Below, piece by piece: positions 45,458 through 54,240 of a stretch of 64,000 nt of DNA. Positions within the stretch are counted from its first letter, which is position 1; each line of letters opens with the position of its first letter. The notes beneath the pieces are model-generated. The model ran no database searches. It had not been told where the DNA came from and worked only from the letters and a program-made list of their open reading frames with translations. Position numbers and translations under genes: made by a program. Source of the DNA: an uncultured Solirubrobacterales bacterium (lineage in GTDB: Bacteria > Actinomycetota > Thermoleophilia > Solirubrobacterales > JBBDJG01); assembly GCA_963724065.1 (NCBI GenBank), contig CAVRTB010000006.1, positions 133,105-197,104 on the forward strand. Reading direction: 5' to 3'.

Positions 45458-46906
45458 ATGGCCGTCTCGCACCTGGACCGGCTGAGCGCATCAGACGCCA
45501 GCTTCCTGACCCAGGAGAACGACCGCGCGCACATGCACATCGGTGCGGTGCTCGTGTTCGAGGGCCCGCCACCCGGGTACGTCGAGTTCGCCGAGCACGT
45601 CGAGGCGCGGCTCCATCTCGTGCCGCGCTTCCGCCAGAAGCTCGCCTTCCCGCCGCTCCAGTCAGGGCGGCCGGTCTGGGTCGACGACCCGCGGCTGAAC
45701 GTGGAGTACCACGTGCGCCACTCCTCGCTCCCCGCGCCGGGTGACGACCGGCAGCTCCAGCAACTCACGGGCAGGGTGTTCTCCCAACAGCTCGACCGCT
45801 CCAAGCCGCTCTGGGAGATGTGGCTCGTGCAGGGGCTCGAGGACAACCGCTTCGCGATCATCAGCAAGACGCACCACGCGCTCGTCGACGGCGTCTCGGG
45901 AGTCGACCTCGCGACCGTGCTGTTCGACGCCAACCCGGTCCCGGGCGGCCTCACGCCGCCGGTGCGCCCGTGGGAGCCGCAGCCCGAGCCGAGCGACGTG
46001 CACCTGCTCGCGCGCGGCGCCGAGAACGTCGCAAGGTTCCCGCTGCGGGTCGGGCGGCGCCTGCTGAAGACCGCTCAACACCCGCGGCAGACCGCCGCGC
46101 GAGCGGTAGAAGTCGCCGAGGGCCTCGGCGAGGTCGGTTGGGAGCTACTGAACCCCGCTCCCGACGTGCCGCTCAACACCGAGATCGGACCGCATCGCCA
46201 CTACCGCTGGGTGCACTCACACCTGGATGACTTCAGGCTCGTCAAGGACACTTTCGGGGGCACGATCAACGACGTGGTGCTGGCGGTCGTCGCCGGCGCG
46301 CTGCGCAGCTGGCTCGGCTCGCGCGGAAAGCGCACGGGCGGCCTCGAGCTGCGCGCGCTCGTCCCGGTCAGCATGCGCACCGAGGAGGAGCGCGGCACGC
46401 TCGGCAACCGGCTCGCCGTGTTCCGGGCGCCGCTGCCCGTGTACGCGGAGGACCCGATCGAGCGCCTGCGCATCGTGCGCGAGGAGATGGCCAAGATCAA
46501 GCAGTCCAAGCAGGTGATGGGCGCCGAGGCGCTGGTCGCGCTGAACGACTTTGCCCCTCCGACCGTCCTCGCGCAGGCCTCGCGCCTGAACTTCTCCACC
46601 CGTCTGTTCAACCTGATCGTGACGAACGTGCCCGGCCCGCAGTTTCCCCTGTACGTGCTGGGGCGCGAGCTCGAGACAGTCGTCCCGGTCGCGTTCCTGC
46701 CCGAGAAGCACGCGCTCGCGATCGCGATCTTCTCCTACAACAGGAAGGTCAGCTTCGGCCTGCTCGGGGACTTCGATGCGATGGACGACATCGACGTCGT
46801 CGAGTCGGGCCTCGAGGCGTCCCTGCGCGAGCTCGTCGCGGCCGCGGCCGCCCGGCGGCCTCCCAAGCGGGCTCGCCGTGAGCCCGCGCCGGCTCCCACC
46901 GAATAG
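45458..46906 (+). CDS. wax ester synthase/diacylglycerol acyltransferase (WS/DGAT), paralog 1
   Basis: HHALVDGVSG active-site motif. Typical N-terminus LSASDASFL..MHIGAVLVFEG. GGAGGGAGG RBS. Confidence 0.9.
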   Translation: MAVSHLDRLSASDASFLTQENDRAHMHIGAVLVFEGPPPGYVEFAEHVEARLHLVPRFRQKLAFPPLQSGRPVWVDDPRLNVEYHVRHSSLPAPGDDRQLQQLTGRVFSQQLDRSKPLWEMWLVQGLEDNRFAIISKTHHALVDGVSGVDLATVLFDANPVPGGLTPPVRPWEPQPEPSDVHLLARGAENVARFPLRVGRRLLKTAQHPRQTAARAVEVAEGLGEVGWELLNPAPDVPLNTEIGPHRHYRWVHSHLDDFRLVKDTFGGTINDVVLAVVAGALRSWLGSRGKRTGGLELRALVPVSMRTEEERGTLGNRLAVFRAPLPVYAEDPIERLRIVREEMAKIKQSKQVMGAEALVALNDFAPPTVLAQASRLNFSTRLFNLIVTNVPGPQFPLYVLGRELETVVPVAFLPEKHALAIAIFSYNRKVSFGLLGDFDAMDDIDVVESGLEASLRELVAAAAARRPPKRARREPAPAPTE

Positions 46907-46951
46907 GTGACCGGTGGATCCGGGCGGGCCGCCCTGGAATAATCGGAGCCG

Positions 46952-47353
46952 ATGGACCCCCGCCGCAAGCGCAAGATCCGCCTGGTGATCGCCCTCAGCG
47001 TGGCGCTCGTCTTGGGCGGCGCGCTCGTCTACACGTCGTTCAGCGGCGCGACCGAGACCCGCGAGCCATCGCAGCTGCTCGCCGGCACGACGCCAGGGAA
47101 GTCCTACGAGCTGACCGGCAAGGTGGCCGACGGGTCCGTCCGCCGCGGCGACGACCGGCTGCTGTTCCGTGTGCGCGACCGCAACGGGACGGCCTCGGTG
47201 CCCGTGCGCTACTCGGGCGCCGTCCCCGACCCGTTCCGCGAGGGCCGCGAGGTGATCGTGACCGGCAAGATGGACAACGGCAGGTTCCTCGCCGACCCCG
47301 ACAGCCTGATCACCAAGTGCCCTTCGAAGTTCTCGAAGAAGGAGCAGAGCTAG
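46952..47353 (+). CDS. ccmE: CcmE-family haem chaperone homologue, Cys variant
   Basis: N-terminal TM anchor plus an OB fold collinear with E. coli CcmE (..PDPFREGREVIVTGKM vs ..PDLFREGQGVVVQGEL). The haem-binding LAKHDENY is replaced by ITKCPSKF. Confidence 0.75.
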   Translation: MDPRRKRKIRLVIALSVALVLGGALVYTSFSGATETREPSQLLAGTTPGKSYELTGKVADGSVRRGDDRLLFRVRDRNGTASVPVRYSGAVPDPFREGREVIVTGKMDNGRFLADPDSLITKCPSKFSKKEQS

Positions 47354-47399
47354 GGGGGCCTTCCGTGCTTCGCCATGGCTCACGGCCCGGCGGCCGGCA

Positions 47400-47445
47400 G
47401 GCCTCATGGGAGGCCTGAAAACCGTCTTTAGCCTCCCATGAGGCC
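47400..47445 (+). terminator. perfect 15-bp stem-loop downstream of ccmE
   Basis: GGCCTCATGGGAGGC, a 16-nt loop, then GCCTCCCATGAGGCC. No U-tract. Confidence 0.4.
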
Positions 47446-47497
47446 CCCCGGACGGGCGCCGCAACGCGGACCCGGATGAAGCACAGAACCCCCACGG

Positions 47498-48952
47498 CTA
47501 CAATCCCCGGCCGTGTACACGTTCCTCTCGGTGGTCCAGGTCATCATCAGCTTCGTCCTGATCTTCCTCGTGCTGCTGCACTCGGGCAAGGACAGCGGGC
47601 TCTCCGGCGCCTTCGGCATCGGCGGCGCCGGCGCGGGCCCGTTCGGTGGGGGCTCCCTCGTGGAGCGCAACCTGAACCGCTGGACGATCGCCTTCGCGAT
47701 CGCGCTCGCGGTCAACACGATCGTCCTGCTGAAGATCTGAGCGCCCGCGGCGCACGCCGCCGAGCGCGATCCCAGCCGCCACGGCCACGAACTGCACGCC
47801 GGCCGCGAGCCTGAGGGTCCCGGACGGTCCGAGCGTGGTGACGGCCGGGCCCGCGCACGCGGCGCCGACCGCGAACGCTCCGACCTTGAGCGACGCGGCG
47901 GTCGTGAAGATCTGACCCAGCAGCTCAGGTGGTGTCCAGCGCTGACGCGCGGTGAACGTCGCCGCGAGGCCGGGGCCGTCCGCGAGCCCCGCCAGCGCGA
48001 TCAGCACGAGCGCGACCGGTAGCGAGGGCGCCAGGGGCCACAGCAGCATCACGCAGCCGACGAGCGTGATCGCTCCGATCACCACCCGCTCCGGTGCCCA
48101 CCGCGTCTGGAGCCGGACGAGCGTCAGGGCGCCGACCGCCGAGCCGGTGGCGAATGCCGCCCACATGTAGCCCGCGGTGCTGCGGTGCGCGCCAAGCTCC
48201 TCGAGCGCGAAGAACGGGAAGGCGACGGTCAGCAGTCCGAGCCCGCCGAGATTGAGCGCTCCGGCCGCCGTCACCGAGCGCAGGGCTGGGGTGGAGGCGA
48301 GCAGCCCCAGCCCGTCGCGCACGATCCTGCGCAGCGGACGGCTCGGATCGACGTCGCGCGCGCGTGCGTCCATCTCGGGAATGCGCCCGATCAGGCCGAT
48401 CGCGCCGATCGTCAGCACCGCCTCCACGATCAGCGACACGTCGGGGCCGGCGACAGCGGAGATCGTCCCCGCGAGAGCGGGGCCCGCGATCACCGCGAGG
48501 TTGAAGCTCGTCGCCTCGAGCGCGTTCGCCTGCGCGAGCAGGTGGTCGGGGACGATCACCGGGATCAGGCTGGTGAACCCGCCGAACGAGAGGGGCCAGG
48601 TGACCCCCGCGACCAGCGCGACCAGCGGAACCGTCCAGTCGGGGGCGTTGCCGGCGAGCACCACGATCCCGACGATGCTCGAGGCGGCGAGCACCTGGTC
48701 GAGCATCATCGCCTGGCGGCGATGCCCACTGCGATCGAGCCAGGCGCCGAGCAACGGTCCCGTCACGAGGCTCGGCAGCGTCACGGCCGCGACCGTCGCG
48801 CCGGCGAGCGCCGCGCTCCCGGTGCGCTCCAGCACGAGCAGCACCACGCCGACCGAGAACATCTCGTCGGCGAAGCGCGTGAGCGTCGCCGTCACATAGA
48901 AGAGCGGGTAGCCGCGGTGTCGGCGCAGGCGCCCCATGTCCCCGGTGGACAT
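47498..48952 (-). CDS. MFS transporter (12 TM)
   Basis: Typical MFS TM pattern up to ..VQFVAVAAGIALGG. The last ~75 codons run antisense across all of secG and look non-native (RSDLQQDDRVDRERDREGDR..), so the true C-terminus is uncertain. Confidence 0.75.
   Translation of the reverse strand: MSTGDMGRLRRHRGYPLFYVTATLTRFADEMFSVGVVLLVLERTGSAALAGATVAAVTLPSLVTGPLLGAWLDRSGHRRQAMMLDQVLAASSIVGIVVLAGNAPDWTVPLVALVAGVTWPLSFGGFTSLIPVIVPDHLLAQANALEATSFNLAVIAGPALAGTISAVAGPDVSLIVEAVLTIGAIGLIGRIPEMDARARDVDPSRPLRRIVRDGLGLLASTPALRSVTAAGALNLGGLGLLTVAFPFFALEELGAHRSTAGYMWAAFATGSAVGALTLVRLQTRWAPERVVIGAITLVGCVMLLWPLAPSLPVALVLIALAGLADGPGLAATFTARQRWTPPELLGQIFTTAASLKVGAFAVGAACAGPAVTTLGPSGTLRLAAGVQFVAVAAGIALGGVRRGRSDLQQDDRVDRERDREGDRPAVQVALHEGAPTERARAGAADAEGAGEPAVLARVQQHEEDQDEADDDLDHREERVHGRGL
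47499..47504 (+). promoter_or_regulatory. candidate -10 box (TACAAT) for secG, implying a leaderless or near-leaderless mRNA
   Basis: TACAAT ends 8 nt before the GTG start at 47513. There is no SD sequence in between. Confidence 0.4.
47513..47740 (+). CDS. secG: preprotein translocase subunit SecG
   Basis: 75 aa, two TM helices. LLHSGKDSGLSGAFG is the SecG signature region. Confidence 0.85.
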   Translation: MYTFLSVVQVIISFVLIFLVLLHSGKDSGLSGAFGIGGAGAGPFGGGSLVERNLNRWTIAFAIALAVNTIVLLKI

Positions 48953-49060
48953 CCGATGATCGTCTCACAGGCCGCGCGGGCTTCCGTGCTGCAGCGCACT
49001 CAGGAGCGCTGAGGTGACGCCGCGGCGATAAGCTGCGCCCCCCGAGAGGAGGCAGCGGCC

Positions 49061-50287
49061 ATGGATTTCGAGTACAGCCCGAAGACCCAGGAGCTCAGCG
49101 AGAACCTGCTGGACTTCATGGACACCCATGTCTATCCGGCGGAGCAGGTCTGGCACGACCAGGTCACCGAGTCCGGCAACCCGTACTTCCATCCGCCCGT
49201 GATGGAGGAGCTGAAGGCGGAGGCGCGCGGCCGCGGGCTGTGGAACCTGTTCCTCCCGGACAAGCGGTTCGGGGCGGGGCTCACGAACCTCGAGTACGCG
49301 CCGCTCGCCGAGATCACCGGCCGCAGCCACATCGCCCCCGAGGCGCTCAACTGCGCCGCGCCCGACACCGGGAACATGGAGGTCCTCACGGAGTTCGGGT
49401 CGCCGCGCCAGCAGGAGGACTGGCTCGAGCCGCTGCTCGAGGGTGAGATCCGCTCGTGCTTCGCGATGACCGAGCCCGAAGTCGCGAGCTCCGACGCCAC
49501 GAACATCCAGAGCCGCATCGAGCGCGACGGCGACGAGTACGTGATCAACGGCCACAAGTGGTGGACGAGCGGCGCGGCGAGCGACCGCTGCAAGATCTCG
49601 ATCTTCATGGGGGTCAGCGACCCCGAGGCCGACCCGCACCGCCGCCACAGCATGATTCTCGTGCCGCTCGACACGCCGGGGATCGAGATCGTGCGCACGC
49701 TGCCGGTGTTCGGCTACGACCAGGGCCACGGCGGCCATTGCGAGGTCATCTTCGACGACGTACGCGTCCCCGCGGACAACATGATCGGCGAGGAGGGCGC
49801 CGGCTTCGCGATCGCGCAGGCGCGCCTCGGCCCCGGCCGCATCCACCACTGCATGCGCGCGATCGGCATGGCGGAGCGCGCCTTCGACCTGATGTGCAAG
49901 CGCGCCCATGCCCGCACGACGTTCGGCAAGCCGCTTGCGCGGCAGGGAGTGATCCGCGAGTGGATCGCCGAGTCGCGGATCGAGATCGAGCAGGCCCGCC
50001 TGCTCGTGCTCAAGACCGCTTGGCTGATGGACAAGGCGGGCAACAAGGGCGCCCGGATCGAGATCTCCGCGATCAAGGTCGCGGCGCCCAACGTCGCGCT
50101 ACGGGTGATCGATCGCGCGATCCAGGTGCACGGCGGGGGCGGGGTCAGCAACGACTTCCCGCTCGCCGCGATGTACGCGGGCGCGCGCACGCTGCGCATC
50201 GCGGACGGCCCCGACGAGGTGCACAAGCTCTCGATCGCGCGGCGCGAGCTGCGCCGCTACGAGCCGCAACTCGAGCCTGTCGCGTAG
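49061..50287 (+). CDS. acyl-CoA dehydrogenase
   Basis: 408 aa. [24 protein letters not shown], a C-terminal helical domain, and GPDEVH. Confidence 0.9.
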   Translation: MDFEYSPKTQELSENLLDFMDTHVYPAEQVWHDQVTESGNPYFHPPVMEELKAEARGRGLWNLFLPDKRFGAGLTNLEYAPLAEITGRSHIAPEALNCAAPDTGNMEVLTEFGSPRQQEDWLEPLLEGEIRSCFAMTEPEVASSDATNIQSRIERDGDEYVINGHKWWTSGAASDRCKISIFMGVSDPEADPHRRHSMILVPLDTPGIEIVRTLPVFGYDQGHGGHCEVIFDDVRVPADNMIGEEGAGFAIAQARLGPGRIHHCMRAIGMAERAFDLMCKRAHARTTFGKPLARQGVIREWIAESRIEIEQARLLVLKTAWLMDKAGNKGARIEISAIKVAAPNVALRVIDRAIQVHGGGGVSNDFPLAAMYAGARTLRIADGPDEVHKLSIARRELRRYEPQLEPVA

Positions 50288-50299
50288 ATAGATGCTCTA

Positions 50300-51106
50300 G
50301 TGCCGGAGGTCCTCGTCGAGAAGCGCGATCGCATCGCGTACATAACGCTGAACCGGCCGGAGGCGATGAACGCCGTCGACCCCGCGATGCACGCGCTCCT
50401 ATGGAGCACCTGGGAGGACTTCCGCGACGACGACTCCCTCGACGTCGCGATCCTCACGGGCGCGGGCGAGGCCTTCTGCGCCGGCGCGGATCTGAAGACC
50501 TACATACCGCCGGTGATCCAGGCGGCGACGCCGCGGTGGGTGCGCGAGAACGTCGCGCACGGCCTCGGCGGCCTGACGCGCGGACTGCACCGGATCTACA
50601 AGCCGGTGATCGCTGCGGTCAACGGCTGGGCGCTCGCAGGTGGTCTCGAGACCGCGCTCGCGTGCGACATCAGGATCGCGTCGGAGCGGGCGATGTTCGG
50701 CTCCTTCGAGGCGCGGCGCGGGTACCACCACGGCGACGGTGGGATCGTGCGTCTCGTCAATACCTGCGGGTCGGGCGTCGCGCTCGAGATGCTGCTCACA
50801 GCGGAGCCGATCGACGCGCAGCGCGCGCTCCAGTGCAACCTCGTCTCCCGGGTCGTGCCGCACGCGCAGCTCATGGACGAGGCGGAGAGGGTCGCCCGCC
50901 AGATCCTCCGCAACAGCCAGACCGCGGTGCGCTCGGCGAAAGAGACGATCCTCGACGTGGTCGGCCGCCCGCTCGACGAGCAGTTGCGGATCGAGGCCCT
51001 GAACGGGTACGCGTGCGCGGACACCGAAGAGACGATGGCCCTGCTGCGGCGCTTCTACGACAAGACCGACGCGGGCCGGGCCGGGACGCACCAGACCGAG
51101 CTGTGA
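50300..51106 (+). CDS. enoyl-CoA hydratase/isomerase (crotonase) family
   Basis: ITLNRPEAMNAVD, GAGEAFCAGADLK, AAVNGWALAGGLE. Confidence 0.9.
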   Translation: MPEVLVEKRDRIAYITLNRPEAMNAVDPAMHALLWSTWEDFRDDDSLDVAILTGAGEAFCAGADLKTYIPPVIQAATPRWVRENVAHGLGGLTRGLHRIYKPVIAAVNGWALAGGLETALACDIRIASERAMFGSFEARRGYHHGDGGIVRLVNTCGSGVALEMLLTAEPIDAQRALQCNLVSRVVPHAQLMDEAERVARQILRNSQTAVRSAKETILDVVGRPLDEQLRIEALNGYACADTEETMALLRRFYDKTDAGRAGTHQTEL

Positions 51107-51777
51107 GCCGGGCCGTTGTGACGGGCGCCGCCCGTGGGATCGGCGCCGCGATCGCCGAGGCACTGCGCGCAGCGGGGATGGAGGTGGTGACCGTCGATGT
51201 GGCCGAGGGCTGCGACGTCCGGCTCGACGTCGCGCGCGATTCGTTTCCCGACCTCGGCGCCGTTGGCGTGTGCGTGCCGAACGCCGCAATCACGACGACC
51301 GTCGCGCCGGCCCATCGCATGACGGCGGAGCAGTGGCAGCGCGACATCGACGTGAACCTGACCGGGGCGTTCCGCACGATCCAGGCCTGCCTCGGCGGGA
51401 TGCGCGAGCGTGGCTACGGGCGGATCGTCGCGATCTCGAGCGGCGCGGCCGAGTCGGGCCTGCCGGGACAGGTCGCGTACTCGGCGTCGAAGGCCGGGAT
51501 CATCGGGATGGTCCGCACGATCGCCGCCGAGAACGTCGCGCGCGGCATCACCGCGAACGCCGTGCTGCCGGGGTTCGTCGAGACCGAGAACGTGCGCGCG
51601 ATGCCGGCCGGCGTGCTCGAGCGCGTGACGGCCGCGCTGCCGGCGGGGCGCATGGCGGCGCCGTCCGAGGTCGCCGGGCTGGTCGCGTACCTGGCGTCGC
51701 CGCAGGCCGGCTATGTGACGGGCCAGGCGATCGGGATCGACGGCGGCCTGCGGTTGAACACGCGCTCGATCACGTAG
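51103..51777 (+). CDS. short-chain dehydrogenase/reductase (FabG-like)
   Basis: GTG 51103 overlaps the crotonase stop (GTGA). VVTGAARGIGAAIA, the YSASK catalytic motif, and IGIDGG. This is the 3' part of track ORF 49456..51777. Confidence 0.85.
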   Translation: MSRAVVTGAARGIGAAIAEALRAAGMEVVTVDVAEGCDVRLDVARDSFPDLGAVGVCVPNAAITTTVAPAHRMTAEQWQRDIDVNLTGAFRTIQACLGGMRERGYGRIVAISSGAAESGLPGQVAYSASKAGIIGMVRTIAAENVARGITANAVLPGFVETENVRAMPAGVLERVTAALPAGRMAAPSEVAGLVAYLASPQAGYVTGQAIGIDGGLRLNTRSIT

Positions 51778-51807
51778 CGCCCGCAGCGGAATCATCACCA
51801 GCCCGGA

Positions 51808-52506
51808 TCACTTCTCCAACCCATACCGCTCCCAATGCTCCGCCGGGATGTCGGCGGGGTCCTTGTACCAGTACCAGACGCACGGATCGTGGTCGAAGTC
51901 AGCGGGCGGCTTGCTCGGATACACGGGTAGGCCCGTCCAGCGGATCGGCAGCAGCTCGTTCATGAACGTGCAGTGGGTGCAGTAGAGCGGGAAGCCGGCG
52001 CGCCCGTAACTCCAGTCGTGCGCCTCGGCGGTGACGCCGAATCCGTTCGGCCCCTCGTATGCGCCGTTTCGCCACAAGCGCTGGCCGGAGCCACACGGGT
52101 TCATCGCGAAGGTGAACTTCTCGTCATCCTCGGTGACCGTGAAGGCGCCCGGGCTCGGGCCGGTTCCGCTGGTCGAGTGCGCGCGCCAGTTGGCGGCGAG
52201 CGCGTGCACCATCCAGCGCCGGTCCTGCTTCTGGATCGCCTCGGCGTGTGACTTCCAGCCACGCTCGAGGCTGTACTCCCAGGCCTCCTCGACGCCGTCG
52301 TCGCCGAGGCGCGCCTGCACGAAGCTGATCAGGCCCGCCATGCCGCCGGCCATCAGGTCGTGCAGCAGGCGCCACTCGTGCTTCATCTCCTCGCACAGCG
52401 CCTTCGCGGCCGCGAGGTCGCCGCGGTCGATCGCCTCGATCGCGCGGTCCATCGTCGGCCGTGACATCTCGTCCAGCTCGTCCTGCGTGAACCACCGCTC
52501 CGCCAT
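51808..52506 (-). CDS. hypothetical protein with Cys-rich C-terminal half
   Basis: ATG 52506 (MAERWFTQDELDEM..). NPCGSGQ and YCTHCTF motifs. Trp-rich C-terminus. Confidence 0.6.
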   Translation of the reverse strand: MAERWFTQDELDEMSRPTMDRAIEAIDRGDLAAAKALCEEMKHEWRLLHDLMAGGMAGLISFVQARLGDDGVEEAWEYSLERGWKSHAEAIQKQDRRWMVHALAANWRAHSTSGTGPSPGAFTVTEDDEKFTFAMNPCGSGQRLWRNGAYEGPNGFGVTAEAHDWSYGRAGFPLYCTHCTFMNELLPIRWTGLPVYPSKPPADFDHDPCVWYWYKDPADIPAEHWERYGLEK

Positions 52507-52567
52507 CTTTCCCTCCTCCGAATCCGGTCGACCGGCCCGCGCGACTCTATAAGGAAAGATTTCGGGG

Positions 52568-54181
52568 ATGGACGCACTCCTCCACGTCGCCGCGATCGAG
52601 GCCGGCACTACCGAGATGGTCGTGCTCGGGATCCTCGTTGCCTCGGCCGCCCTGGTCATCGCGGGCCAGTACGTGCACGTCCCTTATCCCGTCGCGCTGG
52701 TGCTCGGGGGCCTCGCGCTGGGGTTCATGCCGGGCGTGCCGACGGTCTCGCTCGACCCCGACCTGGTGCTGCTGATCGCGCTGCCCCCGCTGCTCTACGC
52801 GGCGGCGTTCTTCTCCTCGCTGCGTGACCTGCGCGAGCACGTCCGGTCGATCGCGCTGCTGTCGGTCGGGCTCGTGATCTTCACGACCCTCGGCGTTGCC
52901 TGGATCGCCCACAGCTTCATCGACGGCCTCTCCTGGGAAGCGGCATTCGTGCTCGGCGCCGTGGTCTCGCCGACCGATCCGGTCGCGGCGACCTCGATCG
53001 CGGGGCGCCTCGGCGCCCCGCGGCGGGTCGTGACGATCGTGGAGGGGGAGAGCCTGATCAACGACGCGACCGCGCTGGTCCTCTACAAGTTCGCTGTCGC
53101 CGCGGTCCTCACCGGGAGCTTCTCGCTGCTCGACGCGTCGTTCGACTTCTTCCTGAACGTCGCCGGCGGGCTCGGTGTCGGGCTGGTCATCGGGTGGATC
53201 GTGACGTGGGTGCGTCGCCGGCTCGATGATCCTCCGACCGAGATCACGATCTCGCTGATGACGGCGTACTTCGCGTACCTGCCCGCCGTTGCGCTCGACG
53301 TCTCGGGCGTGGTCGCCGCGGTCACGGTCGGCATCTACCTCGGGTGGCACGCGCCCGAGTTGGTGTCGCCCGCGACGCGGCTTCAGACGTTCGCGGTCTG
53401 GGAGACCCTCGTCTTCGTGCTCAACGCGCTCCTGTTCACGCTGCTCGGCCTCCAGTTCGAAGGCATCCTCGACGCCCTCGAGGGCGATGCGGCGAGCACG
53501 CTGATCGGGTACGGGCTGCTGATCAGCGTGGCCGTGATCGCGATCCGCCTGATGTGGGTGTTTCCGCTCACATACGTTCCGCGGTTCCTGCTCCAGCACG
53601 TGCGCGGCATGCACGACCACACCCCCTGGCAGCACCCATTGCTCGTCGGCTGGTCGGGCATGCGGGGCGCGGTCTCGCTCGCGGCGGCGCTCGCGATCCC
53701 GCTCGAGACCGAGGCGGGTGCGCCCTTCCCCGAGCGTGACCTGATCATCTTCATCACCTTCTGCGTGATCCTCGCGACGCTCGTCGTACAGGGACTGACG
53801 CTTCCCTGGCTGGTGCGACGCCTGGACGTGCGTGAGGACGAGCGCGAGCACGAGGAGAACGAGGCGCGGCTGTATGCGACCAAGGCGGCGCTCGAGCGGC
53901 TCGACGAGCTCGAGCGTGAGGCCTGGGTGCGCGACGACGTCGCCGAGCGGATGCGCGCGATGCTCGGCTATCGCAAGCGGCGCTTCGCTGCGCGCTTCGA
54001 CGGCGAGGACGACGGGGGCTTCGAGAAGCGCTCGCTCAACTACCAGCGGCTGGCGCGCGAGATGCTCGAGGCGCAGCGCGGGGCCGTCGCGGACCTACGC
54101 CGCCAGGGCGTGATCGACGACGAGGTGATGAGGAGGGTGCAGCGGGACCTCGACCTCGAGGATCAGCGGTTGGAGATCTGA
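52568..54181 (+). CDS. Na+/H+ antiporter (CPA1, NhaP type) with cytoplasmic C-terminal domain
   Basis: 537 aa with ~12 TM helices. VSPTDPVAA, ESLINDATALVLY, and GMRGAVSLAAALAIP. Confidence 0.9.
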   Translation: MDALLHVAAIEAGTTEMVVLGILVASAALVIAGQYVHVPYPVALVLGGLALGFMPGVPTVSLDPDLVLLIALPPLLYAAAFFSSLRDLREHVRSIALLSVGLVIFTTLGVAWIAHSFIDGLSWEAAFVLGAVVSPTDPVAATSIAGRLGAPRRVVTIVEGESLINDATALVLYKFAVAAVLTGSFSLLDASFDFFLNVAGGLGVGLVIGWIVTWVRRRLDDPPTEITISLMTAYFAYLPAVALDVSGVVAAVTVGIYLGWHAPELVSPATRLQTFAVWETLVFVLNALLFTLLGLQFEGILDALEGDAASTLIGYGLLISVAVIAIRLMWVFPLTYVPRFLLQHVRGMHDHTPWQHPLLVGWSGMRGAVSLAAALAIPLETEAGAPFPERDLIIFITFCVILATLVVQGLTLPWLVRRLDVREDEREHEENEARLYATKAALERLDELEREAWVRDDVAERMRAMLGYRKRRFAARFDGEDDGGFEKRSLNYQRLAREMLEAQRGAVADLRRQGVIDDEVMRRVQRDLDLEDQRLEI

Positions 54182-54183
54182 AA

Positions 54184-54236
54184 CTCGCAGTTCGCAGTTC
54201 GCAGATTCTGCCGACTGCGTACTGCCGACCTGCGAG
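54184..54236. terminator. imperfect long hairpin between convergent genes (bidirectional terminator candidate)
   Basis: CTCGCAG..CTGCGAG outer stem. Three overlapping copies of TTCGCAG on the left arm pair partially with ACTGCG/ACTGCC on the right arm. Followed by CTTTT. Confidence 0.45.
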
Positions 54237-54240
54237 CTTT

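Noticed and set aside
47428-47718. 96-aa ORF on the minus strand
   Set aside because: It is a second antisense frame across secG, with no RBS and a non-native composition.
49456-51777. 773-aa ORF, and similarly the 792-aa ORF at 59903..62281 and ORFs 43887..45374, 32913..33989, 57680..58177
   Set aside because: Only the 3' portions are genuine genes (SDR; pgi; nuclease-like; SMP-30; zf-UBP). The long 5' extensions overlap other well-supported genes in different frames.
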